From Verrucomicrobiota bacterium (GTDB lineage Bacteria > Verrucomicrobiota > Verrucomicrobiia > Limisphaerales > CANJXF01), in assembly GCA_038214755.1 (NCBI GenBank), contig JBBQRQ010000077.1, forward strand, positions 1 through 25,146: a DNA stretch of 25,146 nt. The letters are read 5' to 3'. The translations under genes were made by a program, and so were the position numbers. Below, in pieces: positions 7,869 to 16,544 of this stretch. The first letter of the stretch is position 1. Every line of letters starts with the position of its first letter. A model generated the notes under the pieces. The model was not told the origin of the DNA. It did not search any database and saw only the letters and a program-made list of their open reading frames with translations.

Positions 7869-8072
7869 ATGAATAATTTATTTGCGGCCATGCTCGGCGG
7901 AACGGAAATCCTCGTCATCGCCGGCGTCATCCTTCTTCTCTTCGGCGGCAGCAAACTTCCCGCTCTGGCGCGCGGCCTTGGCCAAAGTATCAAGGAGTTC
8001 AAAAAAGGCGCTCGCGAGGAAGATGAAGTCAAAACCGCGGAAACAAAGCCGGTCGGAGAACGCCACGATTAA
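7869..8072 (+). CDS. tatA: Twin-arginine translocase TatA/E subunit
   Basis: GGTEILVIAGVILLLFGGSKLPALARGLGQSIKEFKK. Confidence 0.93.
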   Translation: MNNLFAAMLGGTEILVIAGVILLLFGGSKLPALARGLGQSIKEFKKGAREEDEVKTAETKPVGERHD

Positions 8073-8100
8073 GCCGAGTTAAATTTTCTGGAAATTTTCC

Positions 8101-8442
8101 ATGAACGAAATGCTCGCATTTTTAGGACTGGGCGGAACCGAACTGATGGTGATTCTCGGCGCAGTCCTGTTACTTTTCGGCCCGAAGAAGCTTCCCGAAC
8201 TGGCGCGCGGTTTGGGCAAAGGCATTCGTGAATTTAAAAAAGCATCCAGCGAAGTCACCGAAGAATTACAAAGAACGATGGACGAACCGCCCGCGCCGAC
8301 GGCGAAATTTCCACCCGAAGGTTCTCCCGTGGAGCACTCCATTCCTCACATGCTTGAGGAACCCAGTTCACCGGTTTCCGAACATTCCAGCGCCGAACAT
8401 TCTGTTCCGCAGCCCGCCGAGCCTTCGCAGCCGCCGAAATAA
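8101..8442 (+). CDS. tatA: Second TatA/B-family subunit with a Pro/Ser/Glu-rich tail
   Basis: [37 protein letters not shown]; directly upstream of tatC. Confidence 0.85.
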   Translation: MNEMLAFLGLGGTELMVILGAVLLLFGPKKLPELARGLGKGIREFKKASSEVTEELQRTMDEPPAPTAKFPPEGSPVEHSIPHMLEEPSSPVSEHSSAEHSVPQPAEPSQPPK

Positions 8443-8462
8443 TTCCGCTCAGTTTTTTTCCC

Positions 8463-9458
8463 ATGCCCCCGACTGAGCCTGAGGATTTTTCCCACCAAGA
8501 AGAAGGCGGCCCGACGAAAAGTTTTCTCGAACATTTGGAAGACCTCCGCTGGGTCTTGATGAAGTGCGCCGCGACCGTCGCCGTTACTTTCATGGCTTGT
8601 CTTATTGCTTCGCCCACCCTCGTCAAGGTTCTGACTCATCCACTGAAAAAGGCCAACATCCACAACTCGGCAAAGAGTGACTCAATCTCGTTGCTCGTGG
8701 GCACAAACCGTGTCGGCACCTTTCTGCTCGATACCAACAAACCAAATCTTTTCGGCACAAATCACGCCTTGCAAATCGTGCCAGTGCAAATCGGGACGAA
8801 CTTTCTTTTGTCATTGCAGCCGGCGGAAAATCAAACACTTCCCCCGACCGTTGGCAATGGAGTCAACCTCGTGAATCTCGGTCCGGCATCGGCTTTCATG
8901 CTCGCATTTCAAATGGCGATTTATGGGGGCATCGCGCTGGCCTCGCCGTTTTTATTTTATTTCATCGGCCAATTTGTTTTTCCCGCTTTAAAGATGAAGG
9001 AAAAAAAATATTCCTATCTCGGCTTGGGCATCGGCATTTTGCTTTTTTTCACCGGCGTTTCGTTTTGTTATTTCGTATTGATGCCCATTGCCCTCAACGC
9101 GGCCGTTCAATATTCCGAGTGGATGGGTTTTCAGGCGGAAACCTGGCGCGCGGAAGAATATGTCAACTTCGTTTCTAAATTTTTGCTCGGCATGGGACTC
9201 GGTTTTGAAATGCCGGTCGTGCTGCTCGTGCTCGTTAAAATTGGAATTCTCGATTACGAAAAACTGGCGGGCTTCCGCCGTTACATGATTATCGTCTGCT
9301 TGATCCTCGGCGCGATTTTGACGACGCCGGAAGTCATCACGCAAATTCTCATGGCCGTGCCGCTTTATTTTCTTTACGAAGTCAGCGTTTGGATCGCGTG
9401 GTATTGGGAGCGCGAAGAGCGGAAAAAACGAAGGCGAAATGAGACAATCTCGATTTAA
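8463..9458 (+). CDS. tatC: Twin-arginine translocase TatC
   Basis: FLEHLEDLR, FVFPAL..KEKK, FEMPV and ILTTPEVITQ..MAVPL..LYE motifs. Confidence 0.95.
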   Translation: MPPTEPEDFSHQEEGGPTKSFLEHLEDLRWVLMKCAATVAVTFMACLIASPTLVKVLTHPLKKANIHNSAKSDSISLLVGTNRVGTFLLDTNKPNLFGTNHALQIVPVQIGTNFLLSLQPAENQTLPPTVGNGVNLVNLGPASAFMLAFQMAIYGGIALASPFLFYFIGQFVFPALKMKEKKYSYLGLGIGILLFFTGVSFCYFVLMPIALNAAVQYSEWMGFQAETWRAEEYVNFVSKFLLGMGLGFEMPVVLLVLVKIGILDYEKLAGFRRYMIIVCLILGAILTTPEVITQILMAVPLYFLYEVSVWIAWYWEREERKKRRRNETISI

Positions 9459-9476
9459 CGCCAATCAGCTTTTGCT

Positions 9477-9650
9477 CGAAATCCGAAATCCGAATCTCCG
9501 AAATCCGAAAGAAAGCCGAAATCCGAATACCGAAAACGCCTCCACCGCGCGCGCCCAAAAAAGTGTTTTACCACCCGCACAGTTCCCACAAATTTATCGG
9601 ATTTAGGATTTCGGATTTCTTTCGGATCTCGGATTTCGGAATTCGGATTT
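9477..9650. repeat. Inverted pair of degenerate heptamer arrays (AAATCCG)n ... (CGGATTT)n
   Basis: Left array at about 9477-9535 and right array at about 9597-9650 are reverse complements; both carry the same CCGAAAGAAA interruption. Confidence 0.9.
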
Positions 9651-9714
9651 CCAAGTCTCCGTTTAAAAATTCCTGGCCAACAATCCAACAATCCAATCGA
9701 ACCCGGTTATTCAG

Positions 9715-9744
9715 TTGACCCTCTTTTAACCGCCAACCTACTTT
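9715..9744 (+). promoter_or_regulatory. Putative sigma70 promoter for a leaderless antiporter-waaA mRNA
   Basis: TTGACC, 18 nt, TACTTT, 7 nt, then GTG. Confidence 0.45.
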
Positions 9745-9751
9745 TTCGCTC

Positions 9752-11188
9752 GTGGAACCCGCCTACGCTCCGACTCCCTGGATGATTTTGCCCTTCGGAT
9801 TTTTGCTCGCTACCATCGCGCTCGCCCCCCTGCTCTTCCCGAATTGGTGGGCAAAGAATTATCCGAAAGTCGCGATCCTGTTTGGCGGAATAACTCTGGC
9901 CTATTATTTATTTGGATTCCAAAACGCCGCACGCTCGGCCGCTCATCACAAAATTTTTGAAACCGCCCACGAGTATTTCAGTTTCATCGCATTGATCGGT
10001 TCGCTTTACGTCGTCTCGGGCGGGATCCACATCAATGTCAAAGGCGAAGCCACCCCTTGGGCTAATGTCGTTTTCCTTTTCATCGGCGCGGTGCTTGCCA
10101 ACGTTCTTGGAACGACCGGCGCCTCGATGTTGCTCATCCGTCCCTGGCTGCGCATGAACAAATATCGCGTCACCACCCATCACATCGTTTTTTTTATTTT
10201 TATCGTTTCAAACGTCGGCGGCTGTCTCACTCCGATTGGCGACCCGCCGCTCTTTCTCGGTTATCTCAAAGGCATTCCGTTCTGGTGGGTCGCTGAACAT
10301 TGCTGGCCGATGTGGGCTACGGGTTTGGCTATTCTACTTTTGTTTTTTTATTTCGTGGATTTCAGAAATTATCTGCGCGCGCCAAAACCGGTTCGCGAGC
10401 ACTTCGAATCGCACGAGAAATGGCGCTTCGATGGCTTGGCCAATATTTTTTTCCTACTCGTAATTCTAGGAGCGGTGTTCATCAGCCAACCACCATTTCT
10501 TCGCGAAGGTTTGATGCTCGCCGCCGCGGCCGGTTCTTATTTCACGACCAAAAAATCCGTCCATCAATCCAATCACTTCAATTTTCATCCCATCCAGGAA
10601 GTCGCGATTTTGTTCCTCGGAATTTTTGCGACGATGATGCCCGCGCTCGATTGGCTGCAAAACAACGCCCAAACCATCCTCGGAAAATCTCCCTCGCCCG
10701 CGCTTTTTTTCTGGGGGTCCGGTGTGCTCTCCAGCGTCCTCGATAACGCGCCGACTTACCTGAGTTTTCTCACCGCCATTTTTGGTTCGCTCATCGATCA
10801 CGACGCGATTTCGCAAGTGCAACATCTCATTCAAAACGGCGGCGCTGATCTGGCCGGCGCACCAGAGCCCGTGCGGCAGACGGTCGCCGCCTTGCAAAAA
10901 TATTTTGCCGCGCCTCTCGCCAGCAAAAGCGTGGCGCTGGAAAATATTGAGATCGCCTATCTCCTCGGCAACGTCAGCCTGAACAACTACCTTATCGCCA
11001 TCAGCGTCGGCTCCGTGTTTTTCGGAGCGAACACCTACATCGGCAACGGCCCCAACTTCATGGTCAAGTCCATTGCCGACCAGCAGAAAGTTCACTCGCC
11101 GCATTTTCTCGAATACATTTTCAAATGGACTCTGCCCTTCATGGTTCCCATGCTCGTCATCGTCTGGTGGATTTTCTTCCGGCACTGA
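9752..11188 (+). CDS. Putative Na+/H+ antiporter (ion-transporter superfamily, NhaD/DUF1646-like)
   Basis: Polytopic membrane protein with GTTGAS, SNVGGCLTPIGDPPLFLG, LSSVLDNAPTY and GANTYIGNGPNFMV motifs. Confidence 0.85.
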   Translation: MEPAYAPTPWMILPFGFLLATIALAPLLFPNWWAKNYPKVAILFGGITLAYYLFGFQNAARSAAHHKIFETAHEYFSFIALIGSLYVVSGGIHINVKGEATPWANVVFLFIGAVLANVLGTTGASMLLIRPWLRMNKYRVTTHHIVFFIFIVSNVGGCLTPIGDPPLFLGYLKGIPFWWVAEHCWPMWATGLAILLLFFYFVDFRNYLRAPKPVREHFESHEKWRFDGLANIFFLLVILGAVFISQPPFLREGLMLAAAAGSYFTTKKSVHQSNHFNFHPIQEVAILFLGIFATMMPALDWLQNNAQTILGKSPSPALFFWGSGVLSSVLDNAPTYLSFLTAIFGSLIDHDAISQVQHLIQNGGADLAGAPEPVRQTVAALQKYFAAPLASKSVALENIEIAYLLGNVSLNNYLIAISVGSVFFGANTYIGNGPNFMVKSIADQQKVHSPHFLEYIFKWTLPFMVPMLVIVWWIFFRH

Positions 11189-11194
11189 TCGCCC

Positions 11195-12490
11195 ATGCGC
11201 TGGCTCTATAATTTTCTCTTCCCCATTTGTTTCGGGCTGAGCGCGCCATTTTATTTTTTGAAAATGTGGCGACGCGGAAATTGGCAGGCCGGTTTCGGCC
11301 AGCGCTTCGGCTATTACAGCGGGCGGCTTAAGCAAGGCCTGACCAACCGTAGCGTTCTTTGGCTCCATGCCGTCAGCGTCGGCGAAGTCAATATTTGCAC
11401 GCAATTGATTCACGCCCTCGAGCCGCGCGCGCCCAATTTAAAAATCGTCGTCTCCACCACCACTTCGACCGGCATGGGCGAGTTGCAAAAAAAATTGCCG
11501 CAACACGTCGAGAAAATTTATTACCCCATCGACGGGCGCAAAGTTGTCCGCCGCGCCATTTCTTCAATTCATCCCGACGCCATCGTCCTGATCGAAGCCG
11601 AAATCTGGCCCAACTTTTTGTGGAACGCAGGCGACCGCGGCATCCCGCTTTTTCTGGTCAATGCGCGGCTCTCGGAAAAATCCTTTCGCGGCTACAAACG
11701 TTTTGGTTTTTTGTTTCGTCCCATTTTCAAATCGTTTGCCGGCGTCGGTTGCCAGAATGAAACGGACGCCGGGCGGCTGGTCGAACTCGGTTTCCCGCCG
11801 GAAAAAGTTTATCCGTTCGGCAATTTGAAATTTGATGCGGCACTGCTCGAAGATCGCATTCCGTTGAATGTTTTGCCTTTGCTGGCGCAGCTTGGCGTAA
11901 AAAAAGGCGCGCCCCTTTTTGTCGCGGGCAGCACTCACGCCGGGGAAGAAGCGATTCTCGCGGAAATTTTTCTTCGCCTCCGCGAAAAATTTCCCGATCT
12001 GTTTTTTGTTTTGGTGCCGCGCCATTTCGAGCGCGGGAAGGAAGTCGGGCGCGAACTGGAAAAGCGCGGAGTGAAATTTATTTATCGCAGCGCCATCACC
12101 GATCAAACGAGCCACGCGCCCGGCGAAGTGAATTGTTTGTTGGTCAACACCACTGGCGAACTCAAATTTTTTTATCAGCACGCCACCGTGATTTTCGTTG
12201 GAAAAAGTTTAACGGCGGAAGGCGGACAAAGTCCGATCGAGCCGGGCGCGCTCGGCAAGGCCATGGTCTTCGGGCCGAACATGCAAAACTTCGCGGCGAT
12301 TGCCGAAGCCTTTGTAAAGCACGATGGCGCGGCTCAAGTGCGCAACTCTGCTGAATTGGAAGAGACCCTTTTCTCTTTGCTCGCCGACGAGAATCGCCGC
12401 GCTGCACTGGGAAAAAATGCGTTAGCCGTCGTCCGCGAAAATCTCGGCGCTATTTCCCGCACGGTCGATATGATTTTAAAAGCGTTTTAA
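11195..12490 (+). CDS. waaA: 3-deoxy-D-manno-octulosonic acid (Kdo) transferase
   Basis: WLHAVSVGE, EAEIWPN, VNARLS, GNLKFD, AGSTHAGEE, VPRHFER and GPNMQNF motifs. Confidence 0.95.
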   Translation: MRWLYNFLFPICFGLSAPFYFLKMWRRGNWQAGFGQRFGYYSGRLKQGLTNRSVLWLHAVSVGEVNICTQLIHALEPRAPNLKIVVSTTTSTGMGELQKKLPQHVEKIYYPIDGRKVVRRAISSIHPDAIVLIEAEIWPNFLWNAGDRGIPLFLVNARLSEKSFRGYKRFGFLFRPIFKSFAGVGCQNETDAGRLVELGFPPEKVYPFGNLKFDAALLEDRIPLNVLPLLAQLGVKKGAPLFVAGSTHAGEEAILAEIFLRLREKFPDLFFVLVPRHFERGKEVGRELEKRGVKFIYRSAITDQTSHAPGEVNCLLVNTTGELKFFYQHATVIFVGKSLTAEGGQSPIEPGALGKAMVFGPNMQNFAAIAEAFVKHDGAAQVRNSAELEETLFSLLADENRRAALGKNALAVVRENLGAISRTVDMILKAF

Positions 12491-12748
12491 GTTTTTTCCA
12501 TCCATTCCAAAGCCTTCGGGGATTGCGGTTTCGTCACTCAGTTAACATTAGCGGCGCGGGTGGACGACCATTTTTTGTTCGGATAAAACTTTGATTTTGC
12601 TCGCAGCGCGTTGGGCCGACACACGTGCGGTGGTTATATGGGCGAAAGAAAGACTTGGCAAAAAATTTTGAAATTTTTTTTATTAGCGTGAGTCAACTGC
12701 TGGAAAAGAAATTTTTAAACTGATTGAATCCAAATTTCGCATTAGAAC

Positions 12749-12856
12749 GTAGCGCGGGTTTTTAACCTGCCGTATCGCGGGTTTGCAACCCGCTGGATGT
12801 CGCGACGGCCGGCCGGTTGCAAACCGGCGATACAGCAGCTTGCAAAGCTGCGCTAC
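12749..12856. repeat. GTAG-ended multi-hairpin REP-like element (GTATCGC...GCGATAC subfamily)
   Basis: Ends GTAGCGC...GCGCTAC with four internal hairpins; same family as 15201-15314. Confidence 0.85.
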
Positions 12857-12866
12857 GATCTTGGTG

Positions 12867-13646
12867 TTAGAACGGTCGGCCATTGGCAAGAAATCTTTTC
12901 CAAATTCTTTTCACGCGGAAAATTTCGCGAAGCACGCAAAGCAAAATCTCCCTGCCCAACCAATCCTGATGCCGCAAATGCAAATACTGCCTCTGCAAAC
13001 GCCGCCATTCTTCCACCCGCCGTTGATCCAGAACTTTGCTGGTGTTGCTTCCGTGCCAGCGAAATGCGGCCAGCGCTTCCGGCAAATAAGCAAAGCGGCG
13101 ACCCGCCTGGCCAAGGCGGAGATAATATTCCAGGTCCATGCAAACCCGATAATTGAGATCGAGTAAATTTCCCGCCGAAATAATTTCCCGGCGCAGAAAC
13201 GTGGACGTGGACGGAATGTAACAGCCGTAAAATAACAAAATCGAAAAATCAAAATCGTGCTCGCGTTTGCGTCGGATCACTTTTTTCGATTCCTTGACGA
13301 AGATGCAATCGCCGTAAATCACGTCGGCGTCGCGATGATCTTCGGCGAACGCGGCCACTTTCGCCAGCGCGCCCGGCAGCAAATAATCATCCGCATTCAA
13401 CCACATCACCCACTCGCCCGTCGCCTGGAGAAAGCCTTTGTTGATGCCATCGCTCATGCCCTGGTCCGGCTGGGAAGTCCATTTGAGGTGCGGAAATTTT
13501 TGCAAAACCGAAATGGTTCCGTCCTTTGAACCGGCGTCGATGAGGATGTGTTCCACCTCGACGCCGGTCTGGGAAGAAACGCTCTCGATGCAATCGCGAA
13601 TGAAACGGCCCTGGTTCAAGCTGGGCGTAATGATCGAAAATTTCAT
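12867..13646 (-). CDS. Glycosyltransferase family 2
   Basis: MKFSIITPSLNQGRFI, IDAGSKDGT, INKGF..ATGE and WLNADD motifs. Confidence 0.92.
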   Translation of the reverse strand: MKFSIITPSLNQGRFIRDCIESVSSQTGVEVEHILIDAGSKDGTISVLQKFPHLKWTSQPDQGMSDGINKGFLQATGEWVMWLNADDYLLPGALAKVAAFAEDHRDADVIYGDCIFVKESKKVIRRKREHDFDFSILLFYGCYIPSTSTFLRREIISAGNLLDLNYRVCMDLEYYLRLGQAGRRFAYLPEALAAFRWHGSNTSKVLDQRRVEEWRRLQRQYLHLRHQDWLGREILLCVLREIFRVKRIWKRFLANGRPF

Positions 13647-14902
13647 TCGATGCTGTGTATGAACGCGGAGAGATTTTCCAAATGGCGCTCAATGGTAAAA
13701 TTTTCCAGAAAATGTTTTCGCAAGCCGATATCGAAATCCATTGCCATCATGCGCAGTAAGGCGTCTGCGATCTGGCGGTGATTCCTCGGCTCGACCAGGC
13801 CGGGATAATTTTTCGGCATCACTTCAGGAATGGAACGCCAGCGGCTGGCCACGATGGACAGTCCGAACGCCATTGCTTCCACCAGCACCACCCCGAAACT
13901 TTCGGCGTAATAATAAGTCGGGAAACAGAAACAATCGCTCTCGGCAAACACGCGGTCCTTTTCCGCGCCGCTGACAAATCCCTGGTAAGCGACGCACGAT
14001 TTACTCGCAGGATCGCCGTTGCGGCGCAGGTCGGGGCGGGCGATGCGTTGCTCATAGTCCGCCTGCTCGTGCGGGCTGAGAAACGCACCCGCCACACTTA
14101 ACTGGATCCGGATCGGAGAACCAACGGAGGTCAACTGCTGGTTGGCCAGCGCCACTCCGTCCAACGTATCGAACAAACCCTTCTCCCGCGTGCAGTGGGC
14201 GAGATACAAAATTCGGAAACAGTGCGGATCGCCGTCCGTGTTTTCAAAATCCACTGCGGCCAGCGTCTCGCCCCTCAAAAGTTTTTTTCGCGTGGCGGCG
14301 CGGGCGGTCCGGCGCGGAAGCAGACTCTGTTCAAAATCCGGGCAGGGATCGGGAATCGCATTCGGCACGAGAACAATTTTTTTTGGCAAAAGTTTTTCGG
14401 CATCGCCTCGATTGGATTCTGAGAGCACGACGCTGAGGTCGGCCTGTTTCATAAATTTGTAAGTCAGAGATCGGAAGGAAGCCGGGGCCTGCGTCTCCAG
14501 CCATTTCGCCAGACCGGCCGCCTGCCATTGGAAAATAACTTTTGGAAAAAAAGGGCGGCAGAAAAACATCACAAGCCAGTCGCGAAACAAGGCCGAACCT
14601 TTTCCCGGAGCCGGAATGTAATAGAAAATTTTTGCTCCGTAACGAAACCGGCACCAGATGGCCGCGACGCAGTGGCCGAGCAGAAGAAAGATTTTTGTCA
14701 GACGAAGCTCCCCGATGTCTTGCAGGTTGCGAGAAAGGCGGACGTTGATGTGATAACAATCTATTCCGAATTTTTTTTCACGGTCGGTTTTGGCTCGTCT
14801 CTTTTTTCTGAAGTCGCCGCCGAATCCATCCAACAATTGCTGCACCATGTAACTTTGCCCGTGATGGGGCGGAGGTGTGTGGGCGAAGATGACGACTTTC
14901 AT
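13643..14902 (-). CDS. Glycosyltransferase family 4 (GT-B)
   Basis: FPTYYYAESFGVVLVEAMAFGL (ExxxxxxxE) and EKG motifs; 4-nt overlap with the GT2 gene. Confidence 0.9.
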   Translation of the reverse strand: MKVVIFAHTPPPHHGQSYMVQQLLDGFGGDFRKKRRAKTDREKKFGIDCYHINVRLSRNLQDIGELRLTKIFLLLGHCVAAIWCRFRYGAKIFYYIPAPGKGSALFRDWLVMFFCRPFFPKVIFQWQAAGLAKWLETQAPASFRSLTYKFMKQADLSVVLSESNRGDAEKLLPKKIVLVPNAIPDPCPDFEQSLLPRRTARAATRKKLLRGETLAAVDFENTDGDPHCFRILYLAHCTREKGLFDTLDGVALANQQLTSVGSPIRIQLSVAGAFLSPHEQADYEQRIARPDLRRNGDPASKSCVAYQGFVSGAEKDRVFAESDCFCFPTYYYAESFGVVLVEAMAFGLSIVASRWRSIPEVMPKNYPGLVEPRNHRQIADALLRMMAMDFDIGLRKHFLENFTIERHLENLSAFIHSIE

Positions 14903-15014
14903 TCTCAGCTTGCTCCGGCAATTTTAGCGGGTGGCAAGCGAGCAGAAACTAAAGGCATCGTTCAACGCGTGACAAGAGTCATTTGCTGGAGCGGGAGTTT
15001 GAGGGCGCATCTTT

Positions 15015-15156
15015 AGGGCGTGTTGCCCAAATGGAAAGGAGCACGGACAGCTTTGTCCGCGCGAATCCGAAGGGGTGAAAACGTTGGGGACTTTGTCTAT
15101 TTCGAAACGCGCGGACAAGGCTGTCCGCGCTCCACTTGGTTTGGGCAACACGCCCT
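15015..15156. mobile_element. 142-bp MITE-like element with a 17-bp terminal inverted repeat, enclosing a GGAG-type REP pair
   Basis: AGGGCGTGTTGCCCAAA (15015-15031) and TTTGGGCAACACGCCCT (15140-15156); inner GGAGCACGGACAGCTTTGTCCGCGCG ... CGCGCGGACAAGGCTGTCCGCGCTCC. Confidence 0.8.
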
Positions 15157-15200
15157 CACGATGCGCCCGCAGTGTGAGGCGCATCTCGCCACAGCCACTG

Positions 15201-15314
15201 GTAGCGCACGTTTCCAACTTGCTGTATCGCCGGTTTCTAACCGGCAGCGTTTGAAATATTCCGGCGCCTGCGGATTGGAAATCCGCGATACAGCAGTTGG
15301 GAAATCTGTGCCAC
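15201..15314. repeat. GTAG-ended multi-hairpin REP-like element, second copy of the 12749 family
   Basis: GTAGCGCACGTTTCCAACTTGCTGTATCGCCGG ... CCGCGATACAGCAGTTGGGAAATCTGTGCCAC. Confidence 0.8.
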
Positions 15315-15423
15315 CCAGTCGATTCAAAAATTCCGCCGTCTAACGCCCCTCGCGGCCATGGAAAAGATTTCGCCGCCAATTAAATTATTTGTTCACTCCC
15401 GCAATTCCGTTTTAATGGAGCCG

Positions 15424-15732
15424 ATGAAAGTTCTGGTAACAGGGTCGAGCGGGCTGATCGGTTCCGAGGCGGTGATCTTATTCAACCCGAATTCCGAAGT
15501 AGAACGCGAAAACTGGAACGGAGCGCGGCCTTCAGGCTGCTTCATCGTCGGACGCCGGTGGGTGTTGCGAGCGTACAAAACCATTCGCACGTTGAAGCGG
15601 CGTGAACGCCGCGCTCCGGCACAACTTTACCCACACGCTACTTCGGAGTTCGGGTTCAAATGTCATTTTCCCATCTGGCGAATCTCGTTTTCGCTGGCCC
15701 GGGTCATGGAGAGAATGGCGGCGCAGGAATGA
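15424..15732 (+). pseudogene. Remnant of an NAD-dependent sugar epimerase/dehydratase; only the N- and C-termini remain and the core is replaced by a MITE
   Basis: N-terminus MKVLVTGSSGLIGSEAV is a Rossmann GxxGxxG start. C-terminus FKCHFPIWRISFSLARVMERMAAQE resembles the end of this extended-SDR family (recalled). The stop overlaps the next gene's start (ATGA). Confidence 0.75.
15484..15656. mobile_element. 173-bp MITE-like element with a 19-bp terminal inverted repeat (1 mismatch), enclosing a GGAG-type REP pair
   Basis: AACCCGAATTCCGAAGTAG and CTACTTCGGAGTTCGGGTT; inner CGGAGCGCGGC..TTCA ... TGAAGCGGCGTGAACGCCGCGCTCCG. Confidence 0.8.
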
Positions 15733-16526
15733 ATTTGAATCAGCTAAAACAAGGCTACTGCATTCTAGGCACTCCATTTCAGACCACGACCTATAGCGAT
15801 TTCATTGCCCAATGTCAGCGCCTCCGTTCCGCAGCCAAATCTTATGCCGTGGAGTTTTGCAACACCCAAATCGTTACCATGCGCCGACACGACCCCCGCT
15901 TTCGCGAAATGACCGACTGCTTCGATTATTTTATTCCCGACGGAATGCCGCTGATCTGGTGCTTGAACATGCAAGGCGCAAAAATGAGTGACCGCGTTTA
16001 CGGCCCGACTTTTATGCGACGATGCATCGCGGCCTGTCCGGCCCCGTTGACGCACTATCTACTGGGAGGCTCCACTGAATGCGGTGGGAAATTACGGCAG
16101 GCGATTCAAGATTGGAATCCGCTCGTGAAAATTGTAGGATCATTTCATGGCAAATGCGAACCAAACGGCCAGCTCGAACAGGCTTTTGAAGAAAGTGTGA
16201 TTCAAGAAATCAATGATCTGTCGCCCGATTTTATTTGGATAGGTTTTGGCACCCCTAAACAACAAGCTTGGATTCACAAACATAAAGCGTTGATTCGCCG
16301 AGGAATTTTATTGTCGGCTGGTTTTGCCTTCGATGTGAATGCCGGGACGAAAAAAGATGCGCCGCTTTGGATGCAACGCTTTGGCCTGACCTGGCTTTAT
16401 CGAATGGCGAGCGAGCCGCGCCGACTGACGGGCCGATATATTCGCTACAACAGTTTGTTTCTTTTTTATCTTTTGCATGATTGGATTGCGGGCGCGAAGT
16501 CTTGCACGACGAAAAATAATCAGTAG
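15729..16526 (+). CDS. WecB/TagA/CpsF-family glycosyltransferase
   Basis: PDGMPLIW, RVYGPTFM, IWIGFGTPKQ, GFAFD and APLWMQRFGLTWLYRMASEPRRL..RY motifs. Start placed at ATG 15729. Confidence 0.92.
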   Translation: MNLNQLKQGYCILGTPFQTTTYSDFIAQCQRLRSAAKSYAVEFCNTQIVTMRRHDPRFREMTDCFDYFIPDGMPLIWCLNMQGAKMSDRVYGPTFMRRCIAACPAPLTHYLLGGSTECGGKLRQAIQDWNPLVKIVGSFHGKCEPNGQLEQAFEESVIQEINDLSPDFIWIGFGTPKQQAWIHKHKALIRRGILLSAGFAFDVNAGTKKDAPLWMQRFGLTWLYRMASEPRRLTGRYIRYNSLFLFYLLHDWIAGAKSCTTKNNQ

Positions 16527-16544
16527 CATCGCGCACAAATATTT

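Noticed and set aside
9477..9650. CRISPR array
   Set aside because: The units are 7-bp tandem repeats with no unique spacers, and there are no cas genes.
14924..15379. ORFs of 76-151 aa in the GT4-epimerase intergenic region, and those at 3031-3246, 9455-9691 and 12683-12889
   Set aside because: They are translations of palindromic or heptamer repeats.
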